DNA of 64,000 bases from Calditrichaceae bacterium. GTDB taxonomy: Bacteria; Calditrichota; Calditrichia; Calditrichales; JBFXGD01. The DNA lies in NCBI GenBank assembly GCA_050173015.1, contig JBFXLE010000023.1, positions 1 to 64,000 of the forward strand, given 5' to 3'. Every line of letters begins with the position of its first letter. Positions within the stretch are counted from its first letter, which is position 1. Under the pieces are notes generated by a model, which was given only the letters and a program-made list of their open reading frames with translations, made no database searches and was not told the origin of the DNA. Shown one piece after another: positions 8,964 to 19,943 of this stretch. The position numbers and the translations under genes were made by a program.

Positions 8964-10109
8964 CCCCAGGACTCTCTCAAAATTCCCGCCCAGAATCTTG
9001 CGGATGGAATCTTCGCTGTACCCCCTGCGCAGCAGCTCCTTGGTGATGGCCGGCATTTTGGAAACATTTTCCAACCCGGCCGGGGGAATCGATATGCCGT
9101 CAAAATCGGAACCGAGACCCACATGATCATCACCGACAAGCCGTACCACATAGTCGATATGATCCGCGATGACACGAACACCGGGATAAAGGGAGTCGAT
9201 TCGGCTGTGAATAAAAGCCGCGCGGTCAAACGGCTCATCCGATCCGGCCGTTTTGAGGGAATCTTCAATAGCGTCCGCGTCTTTTCTGGACTGCCGGTAT
9301 ATTCCGTCAAATCCTTCCACCAGAAATCCGGGATAAAAATTGATAAACATGACCCCGCCGTTTATCGCCAGCGCGCGGATCTGATCATCCTTCAGATTCC
9401 GGTAATGGGGGCAAATGGCGTAAACCGATGAATGGGATGCGATCACCGGTTTTGTAGAAGCAGCCAAAACATCATAAAATGTCCGTTCACCCGAATGGGA
9501 AAGATCGATAATCATACCCAATTCATTCATTCGCCGGATAACTTCTCTGCCAAATGCCGTCAGTCCGTGATGTCCCTTCCAGGCGGGATTGGCTTCATCC
9601 CGCGCTGAGCTGGCCCAAGCGGTACTGTTATTCCAGGTAAGTCCGAGATATCGCGCGCCGCGTTGATATAATTCATCCAGTTTGTTCAGGTCATTTTCGA
9701 TGGCTGTCCCACCCTCGACGCCGATAAACGCCGCGATTTTCTTTTCATCAACAGTCTCCTGCAATTGAAGCGGTGAATCGCTAAACAGGATTTTATCATC
9801 ATTACGCCGGAAAATCTGATGAAGGGTGTCGATCATGGCCATAGTGGTATCAAACATTTGTTCGCCCGGCACATGACGCGGATCGGGCCAGACGGCAAAA
9901 AACACCGCGTCCACTCCCCCCTTCCGCAGCCTGTCAAGATCAACCTGACCTTTTAATGAATAATGCTCAATATCTTCCCCCTTCAGATGGCGGAGCAGGA
10001 CATCGGTATGCATGTCGGCTACCAGGGCCCGGTCATGTATTTTTTGATAATTTTGCTGCGCGAAAAGATTGATCGTGAGCAGAGTAAGTAGCAATAGGGT
10101 GATTCGCAA
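8943..10109 (-). CDS. Membrane dipeptidase (peptidase M19) with signal peptide
   Basis: DMHTD, GVEGG, DLSH, ASHS, HVGLGSDFDG, ILGGNF motifs. Confidence 0.92.
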   Translation of the reverse strand: MRITLLLLTLLTINLFAQQNYQKIHDRALVADMHTDVLLRHLKGEDIEHYSLKGQVDLDRLRKGGVDAVFFAVWPDPRHVPGEQMFDTTMAMIDTLHQIFRRNDDKILFSDSPLQLQETVDEKKIAAFIGVEGGTAIENDLNKLDELYQRGARYLGLTWNNSTAWASSARDEANPAWKGHHGLTAFGREVIRRMNELGMIIDLSHSGERTFYDVLAASTKPVIASHSSVYAICPHYRNLKDDQIRALAINGGVMFINFYPGFLVEGFDGIYRQSRKDADAIEDSLKTAGSDEPFDRAAFIHSRIDSLYPGVRVIADHIDYVVRLVGDDHVGLGSDFDGISIPPAGLENVSKMPAITKELLRRGYSEDSIRKILGGNFERVLGEVRSRK

Positions 10110-10161
10110 AGCTCGGTTCCTTTTTCTGATTGAGAAGCTGTATTCAAAATTTAATAATTGG

Positions 10162-11889
10162 TCATTCTGTCATTTCAAGCGATGCTTCAAGCTGTTGTTT
10201 CTCGTATAGATCGGCATATAATCCGTTGATCTCCAGCAGTTCGTCGTGCGTGCCCTGTTCAATAATTCGGCCGTTATCCAGAACAATTATATGATCGGCG
10301 TTCATGATCGAAGATATGCGGTGAGATACCCACAGGCAGGTTTTATCCCGCATCACGGTTCTGAGATTGTTCAGAATCGCTTCTTCCGTCACGGTGTCCA
10401 CCGCGGAAAGGGCATCATCCAGCAGCAGGATGCGGGGATGCTTCAGGATGGCGCGCGCCAGGCTGATCCGCTGTTTCTGGCCGCCCGAGATATTAATTCC
10501 CCGTTCACCGAGAATGGTATCGTATCCGTTGGGGAATTCAATGATGCTGTCGTGAATCTGAGCCATGCGCGCCGCCCATTCGATCTCTTCCTGTGTGGCG
10601 TCTTTCACACCGAAGGCGATGTTGTTTCGAATGGTATCCGAAAACAGAAACGTATCCTGTGGAATATATCCGGTGAATTCTCTCAATATGGCCACAGGGA
10701 CGCGATGAATATCATTACCGTCAATAAAAACCGAATCTTCCGGCGGATTATAGGCTCTGGTTAGCAGATGGATCAGGGTTGATTTGCCCGAACCGGTGCG
10801 GCCGACCACGGCGATAATCTGACCTTCCCCGATTTCCAGATTAATATCGGATAATACCTGTTCGTCAGTCCCGGGATAATGAAAGGTGAGATTCTTAAGT
10901 TCTATCCGACCCTGTATGGTTTCCACCGGCAGTACATCCGGACCGTCAACGATATCCGGTTCCGCCTGTGTGATATGGTTTAACCGTTTCAGCGCGGCCG
11001 TTCCCTGCATAAAGATACCGGCCACCCATCCCAAAGCGATCGAAGGCCAGACGAGCATACCGAGATACAGCGTGAACGCCACAAATTCTCCGAGGGTGAT
11101 CACATCCTTGATAATCAGTTGTCCGCCAAAAAACAGGATGACCGCCGTGCTTAAGCCGACAATTAACATCATGGATGGATGAAATCCGGCGTACGCGCGC
11201 GCGTAATTCATATTTTTTTTGATATATTCTTTGTTCAGACTGTTAAAATTAAATATTTCCCGTTCTTCCAGCACATACGATTTTACGATCCGCATACCCG
11301 CAAGATTTTCCTGCGCCTTGGTGCTGATGACACCGAAATGATTTTGAACCGCCAGATATCTTCTATGAATCTGCTGACCAAACCGGTTTACCATAATGGC
11401 CATCACCGGGACGGGCAGCAAGGCAATCAATGTGAGCATCGAATTGATTTTGAGCATCATTATAATGACAAAGACAAATGTGGTGAACGTGTTGACGGAA
11501 TACATGATACCCGGCCCCAGGACGGAGCGGATTGAATTCAGATCGTTGGTCAGCCGGGACATGATATCCCCCGTGCCTGTACGCTGAAACCAGGTACTCG
11601 AAAGAGTCTGAAGTTTGGCAAAAAGATCATTCCGCAAATCGTTTTCGATAAAACGGGACACCACAATCACGGTACGGCGCATCAGAAAGCGGAATATTCC
11701 GTTGACAAATGTGACCAGAATTACCAGTCCCGCGTATGTCAGCAGCTTTGACATGACAATATCTTCTTTAAAATAATCAATTGCCATACGAATAATCTGT
11801 GGGTTAATAATGGCCATAAAATTTCCGGAAACAATAAACAGAAATCCGAAAAGCAACCGCCTTTTGTATCTCATCAAATACGGCCACAC
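10162..11889 (-). CDS. ABC exporter, fused permease/ATP-binding (MsbA/MdlA-like)
   Basis: N-terminal TM domain; GRTGSGKS, ISGGQKQR, LLLDD. Confidence 0.93.
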   Translation of the reverse strand: MWPYLMRYKRRLLFGFLFIVSGNFMAIINPQIIRMAIDYFKEDIVMSKLLTYAGLVILVTFVNGIFRFLMRRTVIVVSRFIENDLRNDLFAKLQTLSSTWFQRTGTGDIMSRLTNDLNSIRSVLGPGIMYSVNTFTTFVFVIIMMLKINSMLTLIALLPVPVMAIMVNRFGQQIHRRYLAVQNHFGVISTKAQENLAGMRIVKSYVLEEREIFNFNSLNKEYIKKNMNYARAYAGFHPSMMLIVGLSTAVILFFGGQLIIKDVITLGEFVAFTLYLGMLVWPSIALGWVAGIFMQGTAALKRLNHITQAEPDIVDGPDVLPVETIQGRIELKNLTFHYPGTDEQVLSDINLEIGEGQIIAVVGRTGSGKSTLIHLLTRAYNPPEDSVFIDGNDIHRVPVAILREFTGYIPQDTFLFSDTIRNNIAFGVKDATQEEIEWAARMAQIHDSIIEFPNGYDTILGERGINISGGQKQRISLARAILKHPRILLLDDALSAVDTVTEEAILNNLRTVMRDKTCLWVSHRISSIMNADHIIVLDNGRIIEQGTHDELLEINGLYADLYEKQQLEASLEMTE

Positions 11890-12064
11890 TTGTCTGATTA
11901 AATCTTTGATATCACAACTCCGTATTAATCATCTGATTTTTAAATACGCTAAGTTAATCAGGATGAACCTGACAGTCAAACACGACATTAAGTCATTACA
12001 AAGATGTTCGGCGGTAAATTATTCCTGAAAACCGCACCCTATTTTTCACGCATAAACGACCCTG

Positions 12065-13525
12065 TTACATTTTACGGGCCTGCAGCCGTTCCCGTGAAAT
12101 GGCCGCCACGGTACCTGCCAGGATAATCAGGCCGATAAGATTGGGGATTGCCATCAGAGCGTTCCCGATATTACCGAGATTCCATACGATGTTCAGGTAA
12201 TTAAAGCTTTCTCCTGCGATGGGTGTTAAGATGGCTCCAAAAAACAGGAAGGCAATAAATGTATAGCGATAGGGCATGATTACTTTATCCCCCCCGAGAT
12301 ATTCGATACACTTTTCACCATAGTAGGACCATCCGAGCAGTGTGGTATATCCGAACAGGAATGAAGCCACCGCGATGATCGTCCCGCCAAGTCCAAACGG
12401 TATCACCGTATTGAATGCTTTCTGCGTGACAAGAATGCTGGTGATGTTATTTGCCGCGTCCATCCCCTGCCAGGCCTGTGTCTGCATATAAGCTCCCGTG
12501 AGAACGATGGTCAGGGTCGTCATCGAGTTCACCAGAATGGTATCGATAAACACACCGGTCATGGCGATGAGACCGTTTTTTGCAGGTTCTTCTGAAGCCG
12601 ATGCCCCCTGCGCGATTGCCGCCGAACCTAAACCGGCTTCATTGGAAAGCAGTCCCCTGCTGACACCGTTCTGAATCGCCAGTCCCACGGTGGCTCCCAC
12701 CATAGGCTGCAATCCGAACGCTGATTTGAATATCACAGAGAACGCTTCGGGAACGTGGGAAATGTTTGAGATGATCACAAAAAGAGCCGCGGTTATATAA
12801 AATACGATCATCGCGGGGACGAGCTTTTCCGAGACACGCCCGATTTTCTTTATACCGCCGATAATGACCATGCCTACCAAAATCGCGATCAGCAAACCGA
12901 GCACATAATAGTAAATGGCGGGCGCCTGTTCGCCCGCAATGCCGCCGTGGAATATATTGTTAAAACTATTCGCCAGTGATATCACCATTGAATTGGACTG
13001 AGCCATATTTCCGGTACCGATCAGACAGGCTATTGCTCCGCATACGGCAAAGGCTCCGCCGAGGATCCTGCCCAGTTTTTTATTTTTTAAACCATTTTTA
13101 ACATAGTACATGGGGCCGCCGGCCATGGTTCCGTTTGGCGCGACTTCTCTGTAATGCACACCCAGGAAACCTTCGGCGTATTTTGTCGCCATGCCAAAAA
13201 CTCCGGCTATCCACATAAACACCGGAGCGCCCGGGCCGCCGATGGCGATAGCCGTTGCCACACCTGCGATATTTCCGTTACCCACCGTTGCCGCCAGCGC
13301 GGTCATTAGCGCTGCAAACGGAGAAATATCACCCCTGCCCTCTTCCGAGCGCGATTCTTTTGAAAAAACGAGCTTTAATGAATTCCAGAATTGAGTAAAC
13401 TGCAATCCGCGTGTACGAATGGTCAGGTAGATGCCGGTTCCGAGCAGCAGTGTAATCATCGCCGGGCCCCACATGATCAGATCCAGTTCAGTTGTCCATA
13501 AAAGAAATTTATCAAAAAAGCTCAT
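12065..13525 (-). CDS. Sodium:alanine/glycine symporter (AGCS family)
   Basis: AATVGNGNIAGVA, GGPMYY, SNEAGLGSA motifs. Confidence 0.92.
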   Translation of the reverse strand: MSFFDKFLLWTTELDLIMWGPAMITLLLGTGIYLTIRTRGLQFTQFWNSLKLVFSKESRSEEGRGDISPFAALMTALAATVGNGNIAGVATAIAIGGPGAPVFMWIAGVFGMATKYAEGFLGVHYREVAPNGTMAGGPMYYVKNGLKNKKLGRILGGAFAVCGAIACLIGTGNMAQSNSMVISLANSFNNIFHGGIAGEQAPAIYYYVLGLLIAILVGMVIIGGIKKIGRVSEKLVPAMIVFYITAALFVIISNISHVPEAFSVIFKSAFGLQPMVGATVGLAIQNGVSRGLLSNEAGLGSAAIAQGASASEEPAKNGLIAMTGVFIDTILVNSMTTLTIVLTGAYMQTQAWQGMDAANNITSILVTQKAFNTVIPFGLGGTIIAVASFLFGYTTLLGWSYYGEKCIEYLGGDKVIMPYRYTFIAFLFFGAILTPIAGESFNYLNIVWNLGNIGNALMAIPNLIGLIILAGTVAAISRERLQARKM

Positions 13526-13614
13526 ATAGCCCTTTCTTCTTTAGAGAAATTCTCCAACAGCAGATTCTTGCAAAATCTTTTCACCTTAAGATCGTTTTTT
13601 GCATCGGTATTCAC

Positions 13615-14961
13615 TCAGTTAAAGATGCCAAACAGATTCAACAAAATGACAAAGATGACAACCGGTATAAAATAACGGATCATGAAAATCCAGATTTTTC
13701 TTGTTTTGGCGAAAGACGATCCGCCCAATTCAATTTCATCCGCGGCTTTGTCAGCGCCCCAGACCCAGCCGACAAATATGGAGAGGAAGAAAGCCCCAAA
13801 GGCCAGGGAAAAATCACCAAAAACAAAACTCATCTGGCTTAGAAAATCAGGAGATGTCAATCTGGCGGGCAGCCATCCGAAATTTGAGAAAAATTCATTC
13901 GCTCCTTGTGAAAGAGCGGATGGCAGACCGATCATAAAAGTAAACGCGGCAACGGCCCAGACTATTTTTTTCCGGCTTACTTTTTTTTCATCAACCATAA
14001 AGGCGACCGGTACTTCGAGCAGTGATATGGTGGATGTCAGCGCGGCGACGGAGAGTAATAAAAAGAAAAAAGCGCCGACAATCAATCCGCCGGGCATTTG
14101 GACAAACAGCTTAGGAAAAATAACAAATACCAGTGACGGACCCGCCGCAGGACTTTCACCCATCGAAAACAAGGCGGGAAAAATTACAAGACCGGCCATA
14201 ATAGCAATCGTTGTATCAAAAATCCCGATATAGAATCCGGAAGAAACAATATTTTCTTTTTTGGATAAATAACTTCCATAGGTAATCATCAACCCCATTC
14301 CCAGACTCAGTGAGAAAAATGCCTGACCCAGCGCGGCAAGCATGATTTTTCCCGTGATTTTTGAGAAATCAGGATTCAGATAAAATTCCAGCCCTTTAAT
14401 CGAGCCTTCGAGGGTGTTCGCGTAAATGATTAAACCGATGATCAGAACAAAGAAAATCGGCATTAGTATTTTTGACCACTTTTCAATCCCGCCTGAGACG
14501 CCCCCGTAAACAATGATTGAAGTGATTCCCAGGAACAAAGCAAACAAAAGACTGACCGCCCAGGGATCTGATATAAACTGGCTGAAGTCTCCCACATTTC
14601 CCGACATCATTTTATATATATAGGCTATCGTCCATCCGGCAATCACACCATAAAAAGATAAGATACCGACACCGGTAAACACACCAAGAAATCCCACCCA
14701 TTTCCAGGGAGAATTCGGTTTAATTGCTTTGATTGCGCCGACCGGATTTCGCTGAACCGAGCGTCCGAGCGCCAGTTCGGCAAACATATAGGGCAAACCG
14801 ATTACAAAAACAAAAAGGATATATATCAAAACAAACGCGGCCCCGCCGTTTTCACCAACGATATAGGGAAATCGCCAGATATTGCCTAATCCGATCGCCG
14901 ATCCCGCCGCTGCTAATATAAATCCAATTTTAGAACTCCACTGTCCTCTTTCGACATCCAT
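13615..14961 (-). CDS. Sodium-dependent transporter, NSS/SNF family
   Basis: GSAIGLGNIWRFPY and GQAFFSLSLG motifs. Confidence 0.93.
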   Translation of the reverse strand: MDVERGQWSSKIGFILAAAGSAIGLGNIWRFPYIVGENGGAAFVLIYILFVFVIGLPYMFAELALGRSVQRNPVGAIKAIKPNSPWKWVGFLGVFTGVGILSFYGVIAGWTIAYIYKMMSGNVGDFSQFISDPWAVSLLFALFLGITSIIVYGGVSGGIEKWSKILMPIFFVLIIGLIIYANTLEGSIKGLEFYLNPDFSKITGKIMLAALGQAFFSLSLGMGLMITYGSYLSKKENIVSSGFYIGIFDTTIAIMAGLVIFPALFSMGESPAAGPSLVFVIFPKLFVQMPGGLIVGAFFFLLLSVAALTSTISLLEVPVAFMVDEKKVSRKKIVWAVAAFTFMIGLPSALSQGANEFFSNFGWLPARLTSPDFLSQMSFVFGDFSLAFGAFFLSIFVGWVWGADKAADEIELGGSSFAKTRKIWIFMIRYFIPVVIFVILLNLFGIFN

Positions 14962-15014
14962 GGGTAACTCCCTTAATTTCGTCTTTTTCTAAATCTGTTT
15001 ATTTCTGATTCATC

Positions 15015-15413
15015 TCAGGTTGGTTTATATTCATAGAGCAGGCCTTTTTCTTTAAAGATTTTGATTACCTGCTTAGAATCTTCGACGGTAAAACCAATTC
15101 GCCACCACCCCTTCAGCAGTGTTAAAATAAAAATCTTATCTCTCTCCGGTCTTTCAAGATCCCGCGGATACCATGTTTTTAAATCACCGGTTCCAAAGAT
15201 TCTCCATTTTCCGCTTGAAAACGAAGGTTCTTTCACAACAATGGATTTTATTTCTGAAAACGGGACATGTTTAGCGCCGGCGGGGAAATAATACTGTTTA
15301 AATATGATCTCATTAAAGCGGATTTCTACTAAATGATCAGAATATACTACTTCCGGCATTTGCGTTCCGTTCAAATTAATGGTCAAATCTTGATAGAATG
15401 GTAATAAAGGCAT
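15015..15413 (-). CDS. Hypothetical protein (start may be 15359)
   Basis: 132-aa ORF co-oriented with the transporters; no motif recognised. Confidence 0.6.
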   Translation of the reverse strand: MPLLPFYQDLTINLNGTQMPEVVYSDHLVEIRFNEIIFKQYYFPAGAKHVPFSEIKSIVVKEPSFSSGKWRIFGTGDLKTWYPRDLERPERDKIFILTLLKGWWRIGFTVEDSKQVIKIFKEKGLLYEYKPT

Positions 15414-15670
15414 TCAATATAAGTAATTTTGTGAATGAGATGAAAATAAAAATTTAATTCACTAAACCTGAGCCACGAAATCTGATCAATCTTTAATTGT
15501 TATAAAAGCAGTCGCCAAAGCATGGATTTATCGATCGAAACAACACTCGCGAGGAACGTTTATTCATCCCGGCTCATCGTCATGTTAACTGAAAATAAAT
15601 TCATGGCTTGACAATAATCCCGACTATGCTGATCTTTAGACCCATACGATAATTCAAACCGGAGATTGTT

Positions 15671-16306
15671 ATGAAAAAAATCATCATACTTCTTGTGTCA
15701 TTTCTGCTGATCTTTGCCTGCAAAGAAGATAAGACCAGAACCGGCTTTTCTACCGCCCGGATTGATTCATTAAAAAATGAATTCCAGGCTTATGTCGGGG
15801 AAAAGGATAATGATTTTCTGACACAGGAATGGTCTCCGCTTACCCCTGCTGATAAAGTGATCTTTGAAGGCCTTCATTATTATCCCTACAACTATGAATT
15901 ACGGTTTGAAGGTCCCATTCATACCTATGCTGTTCCGGACAGCGCGCAGATTATGGGGACACGACAAGGCGATGTGCGCAAGGCTCTGAAATACGGATAT
16001 TTTGAATTTAAAAAGGACGGTATCGAAAACCGTCTGGAAATATATAAAATACTGGCATCAAAACCTGGACAATCCGATCATCTGTTTCTTGGTTTCTGGG
16101 ACGAAACATCCGATGATGAAACATATGGCGGCGGCCGATATGTGGATATGAAGGAAACCGGTGAGAACCTATATCTCGTCGATTTTAACTACGCCTACAG
16201 CCCCTACTGCGCTTACAGTGACCGGTACAGCTGCGCGATTCCTCCCCTTGAGAACCGGTTAACGATTCCGATCAACGCCGGTGAGAAGATTTTTAAAGAG
16301 CACTAA
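15671..16306 (+). CDS. DUF1684-family lipoprotein
   Basis: Lipobox IFAC; ETYGGGRY, DFNYAYSPYCAYS..CAIPP. Confidence 0.88.
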   Translation: MKKIIILLVSFLLIFACKEDKTRTGFSTARIDSLKNEFQAYVGEKDNDFLTQEWSPLTPADKVIFEGLHYYPYNYELRFEGPIHTYAVPDSAQIMGTRQGDVRKALKYGYFEFKKDGIENRLEIYKILASKPGQSDHLFLGFWDETSDDETYGGGRYVDMKETGENLYLVDFNYAYSPYCAYSDRYSCAIPPLENRLTIPINAGEKIFKEH

Positions 16307-16326
16307 TGATGTCTGCACTCTGACCT

Positions 16327-16343
16327 GCCCGCCTTTGGCGGGC
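16327..16343 (+). terminator. Hairpin after the DUF1684 gene
   Basis: GCCCGCC-TTT-GGCGGGC with a weak U tract. Confidence 0.4.
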
Positions 16344-16572
16344 TTGTCTGATTAAATGATGCCCATAAATAAGAATCCGGAAACGGCGCAATCCTGTTAA
16401 TCCGCTTAATCATAGCTCGTGCTCCTTTTAATCAGGATAATCGGAAATATTCGCGACCGGAAAAAAATTCTAATTTTTCTTTATCTTCCCTCTAATCAAA
16501 ATTGCATTACACGTATTATGAACGTAATTTTGCGCGTGAGAACATCACGATTAATAAGGGTATTTCCGATCA

Positions 16573-17535
16573 ATGAAAAATTATCTCAATATTGCCATTG
16601 ATGCCGTTAAAGCCGCGTCAAAAGTCTGTAGTCAGATTCAGTTTAATCTTGTTACCGAAGATACTTTGATTAAGAAGGACAGAAGTCCGGTGACGGTGGC
16701 CGACTTTGCGTCACAGGCGGTCATTTGCAGTCTTTTAAATGAGCATTTTCCGGAAATTCCGGTTGTAGGCGAAGAAAACGCGGGTGATTTGAGAAACGGC
16801 GCAAATCCGGCCCTTCTTGAAAAAATCGCCGCATATCTTCCCGGCTGGCAGGAAGATGATATAGTCGACGCCATCGATATAGGCAGTGGAAGTCCGGGCG
16901 AATTATTCTGGACATTAGACCCGATTGACGGGACGAAAGGATTTTTAAGAGGGGAACAGTATGCGGTGGCGCTGGCGCTGATCAAGGATGGCGAAATTGT
17001 TCTCGGCGTTCTCGGCTGCCCGAATCTTGCTCCAAATGATGACATCCCCGGCGGATCAATTGTTTACGGATTTAAAGACGGTGGCGCTTTTATCAGGCCT
17101 CTGAAAGGAGGAGAGATCCGTAAGATTCATGTTTCCAAAAATGCGCAGGGAGATGAAATCAGATTTTTAGAAAGCGTTGAGGCCGCTCACGCGAATCATG
17201 GGCTGCAGGGCCGGATTCTGACCGCATTTGGCAAGCAGGCAAAATCAGTCAGAATTGACAGTCAGGTAAAGTACGCGGTGCTGGCTCAGGGAAAAGCGGA
17301 TGTATATTTAAGACTGCCAAACTCCAAACAGCCCGACTACCGGGAAAAAATATGGGATCATGCCGCAGGCGCGGTTATTGTTACCGAAGCCGGCGGAAAA
17401 ATCAGCGATATGAACGGCAAACCACTTAATTTTAATCACGGCAGGAAGATGCTTGAGAATCAAGGTATCATCGTTACCAATGATTTCCTGCATACCCCCG
17501 TTATCAGTATAATCAAAAAATCACAGACGGAATAA
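16573..17535 (+). CDS. 3'(2'),5'-bisphosphate nucleotidase, HAL2-like
   Basis: SPVTVADF, VVGEE, LDPIDGTKGFLRGEQYAVALAL, DSQVKY, EKIWDHAAG. Confidence 0.88.
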   Translation: MKNYLNIAIDAVKAASKVCSQIQFNLVTEDTLIKKDRSPVTVADFASQAVICSLLNEHFPEIPVVGEENAGDLRNGANPALLEKIAAYLPGWQEDDIVDAIDIGSGSPGELFWTLDPIDGTKGFLRGEQYAVALALIKDGEIVLGVLGCPNLAPNDDIPGGSIVYGFKDGGAFIRPLKGGEIRKIHVSKNAQGDEIRFLESVEAAHANHGLQGRILTAFGKQAKSVRIDSQVKYAVLAQGKADVYLRLPNSKQPDYREKIWDHAAGAVIVTEAGGKISDMNGKPLNFNHGRKMLENQGIIVTNDFLHTPVISIIKKSQTE

Positions 17536-17536
17536 A

Positions 17537-18346
17537 ATGATCAATACAGCAAAAAAAGCCGCGATTGAAGCAGGAAAAATTCTAACACAGCATTTTGGAA
17601 ATCTTGAAAAAAATCAAATCCGTGAAAAAACGAAAAATGACTTTTTGAGTTTTGTTGACGAAAACTCAGAAAAAGCAATCCTGTCCGTTATTCAGGACGC
17701 ATGGCCGGATCATAACATTCTGGCCGAGGAGGGTGGAGAAATTAATCAGGATAGCCCTTATAAATGGATTATCGATCCGCTTGACGGCACCCGGAATTAC
17801 ATTTGCGGGATTCCTGTTTTCTCGGTCTCAATCGGTCTTCAGTTCGATGGAGAAATGATCCTGGGGATTGTTTATGATCCGATCCGTGAAGAAATGTTCT
17901 GGGCAGAAAAAGACAAAGGCGCTTTTCTGAATGACCGGAGAATCCGGGTCACCGACAATGAGAATCTTTCGGATTCCATTATTGCCACGGGATTTCCTTT
18001 TAAATCCAAACAGTTTTTACCCGATTACTTAAAATCTTTTGAAAAAATATTTAATGACTGTAACGGTATTCGAAGGCTTGGTTCGGCGGCGATTGATCTT
18101 GCATATGTCGCTGCGGGACGATTTGACGGTTACTGGGAACTTGGTTTAAGCCCATGGGATATGGCTGCGGGAGTGATTCTGATAAAAGAAGCCGGCGGTA
18201 TGATGACTGATTTCTGGAATCAGCCTTATTATCTGAACAATACCTACGTTGTGGCTTCCAACGGGAAAATACATTCGCAAATCGCGGAGCGCGTTCAGAA
18301 AAATTTCCCGTTTTTTAAACCTGTTTATTCAGCACAAGGAGTATAA
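17537..18346 (+). CDS. suhB: Inositol monophosphatase
   Basis: LAEE, IIDPLDGT, RRLGSAAIDL, PWDMAAG. Confidence 0.85.
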   Translation: MINTAKKAAIEAGKILTQHFGNLEKNQIREKTKNDFLSFVDENSEKAILSVIQDAWPDHNILAEEGGEINQDSPYKWIIDPLDGTRNYICGIPVFSVSIGLQFDGEMILGIVYDPIREEMFWAEKDKGAFLNDRRIRVTDNENLSDSIIATGFPFKSKQFLPDYLKSFEKIFNDCNGIRRLGSAAIDLAYVAAGRFDGYWELGLSPWDMAAGVILIKEAGGMMTDFWNQPYYLNNTYVVASNGKIHSQIAERVQKNFPFFKPVYSAQGV

Positions 18347-18347
18347 A

Positions 18348-19394
18348 TTGAGCACATCAAGTATCTCAAAAAAGAAGGGAGCGCGCGGCGCATTGAGTGT
18401 GATGGCTTGTGATTCGGGTCGTCAGCTTGCTCAGCGGATTATTGATTCGCTAAATATAATTATGCGTAAACAGGGCGATAATATGCCGCTCCGTCTGATA
18501 AACACCGAAGAAGTGACCTTTCCAAACGGAGAAATTAAAACGGTCATCAAGGAAAATATACGCGGGGACGATCATTACATTGTACAGTGTTTTGACGATC
18601 CTCTTTCAAATAAATCTATCAACGATAATTTAATGTCCCTGTTAACGGCTGTTCACGCAGCTTTTCAGTCGGATGCAGATTCAATTACGGTTGTGATCCC
18701 CCAATATCCCTATTCGAGACAGGAACGCAAAAAAACCCGTGAGGGTATCACCGCAAAACAAATTGCGAGTTTTATGGAAGTTTCCGGAGCAAACAGGGTG
18801 ATAACTCTCGATGTTCATTCCGAAGCCATCATGGGATTTTTCAGTAAAGCAAAACTGGAAGATCTGCATGCATCGCACACAATCATTCAGCACATTTTGG
18901 AAAATTATAACACAGATGATATTGTGATCACATCCGCCGATGTAGGCGGCGCGGAAAAAGCCCGGTTTTACTCAAAAAAACTGCATGGCGGGCTGGCCAT
19001 TGTTGATAAATCCAGAGATTATTCAAAGCCAAGCAGTATCGAAAGTATGCGACTCGTGGGAAACGTCACCGATAAAAATGTCCTTATTCCGGATGACATG
19101 ATCAGCACCGGCGGAACGATTATAAACGCTGCCAAATTATTAAAAGAAAATGGCGCGAAAGATATATATGTGGCCTGCAGTCTGCCCTTTTTTAATGGTA
19201 AAGCGACTCAGTTATTATCCGATGCGTATGAGAAGGGATTGATCAGCAGGGTAATCGGTACCGATGCTGTTTTTCATGGAGAAGAATTCACAAAAAGCAA
19301 TCTTTGGTATGATGAAGTATCTATCGCGCCATTGTTTGCAAATGTGATTTACCATATCAACACCAAGCGCTCTGTATCCGAATTGTTAAGATAA
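18348..19394 (+). CDS. prs: Ribose-phosphate pyrophosphokinase
   Basis: FPNGE, PYSRQER, LDVH, DDMISTGGT; TTG start at 18348 with AGGAG RBS. Confidence 0.88.
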   Translation: MSTSSISKKKGARGALSVMACDSGRQLAQRIIDSLNIIMRKQGDNMPLRLINTEEVTFPNGEIKTVIKENIRGDDHYIVQCFDDPLSNKSINDNLMSLLTAVHAAFQSDADSITVVIPQYPYSRQERKKTREGITAKQIASFMEVSGANRVITLDVHSEAIMGFFSKAKLEDLHASHTIIQHILENYNTDDIVITSADVGGAEKARFYSKKLHGGLAIVDKSRDYSKPSSIESMRLVGNVTDKNVLIPDDMISTGGTIINAAKLLKENGAKDIYVACSLPFFNGKATQLLSDAYEKGLISRVIGTDAVFHGEEFTKSNLWYDEVSIAPLFANVIYHINTKRSVSELLR

Positions 19395-19445
19395 AATCTC
19401 CAAAATGACCGGAATGATCATTTCAGTCATTTTGTTATAAGAAGT

Positions 19446-19940
19446 ATGAAAAAATATAAAGATTCGGAAAAAGCTGAAATCGCGCGTGAGTTTTTTGAAA
19501 AAGGGTACATTTTGCAGATGAGCGGTCATCTTGACCGGGCCTCTCAATTTTATAAGCGGTCCATAGAATTTTTACCCACAGCCAAAGCTCATACATTCCT
19601 TGGATGGATTTACAGCATGAAAGGTCTGTACGACCGCGCGATTGATGAATGTAAAACGGCCATTAAACTGGATCCCTCATTCGGTAATCCCTATAATGAT
19701 ATCGGGGCTTATCTGATCCAGCAAAAAAGATATGATGAAGCGGTCCACTGGCTAGAGAAAGCTCTGCACGCCCCCGATTATGAAAATTACTGTTTTCCAA
19801 ATTTGAATCTGGGACGTATTTATGAACAAAAAGGTGATTGGAACAAAGCTATTCAATATTATCAGAAAGCCATTGCGGAAAACCCTAAATATGAACCGGC
19901 TCAAATGGCGCTGGATAAACTGACAGGAAAATATAATTAA
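19446..19940 (+). CDS. TPR-repeat protein
   Basis: Repeated TPR patterns (AHTFLG, PYNDIG, LNLG..Y). Confidence 0.85.
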   Translation: MKKYKDSEKAEIAREFFEKGYILQMSGHLDRASQFYKRSIEFLPTAKAHTFLGWIYSMKGLYDRAIDECKTAIKLDPSFGNPYNDIGAYLIQQKRYDEAVHWLEKALHAPDYENYCFPNLNLGRIYEQKGDWNKAIQYYQKAIAENPKYEPAQMALDKLTGKYN

Positions 19941-19943
19941 TAA

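Noticed and set aside
8889-9431. Antisense ORFs over housekeeping genes (also e.g. 10246-10764, 13682-14233, 39069-39746, 45543-46052)
   Set aside because: Shadow frames of well-supported genes on the opposite strand, with no motifs
18249-18347. Extended N-termini from the ORF track (prs; also mod, ftsZ, ftsA, murG, ftsL, rsmH)
   Set aside because: Most extensions overlap upstream genes; downstream starts fit the RBS position or expected family length better
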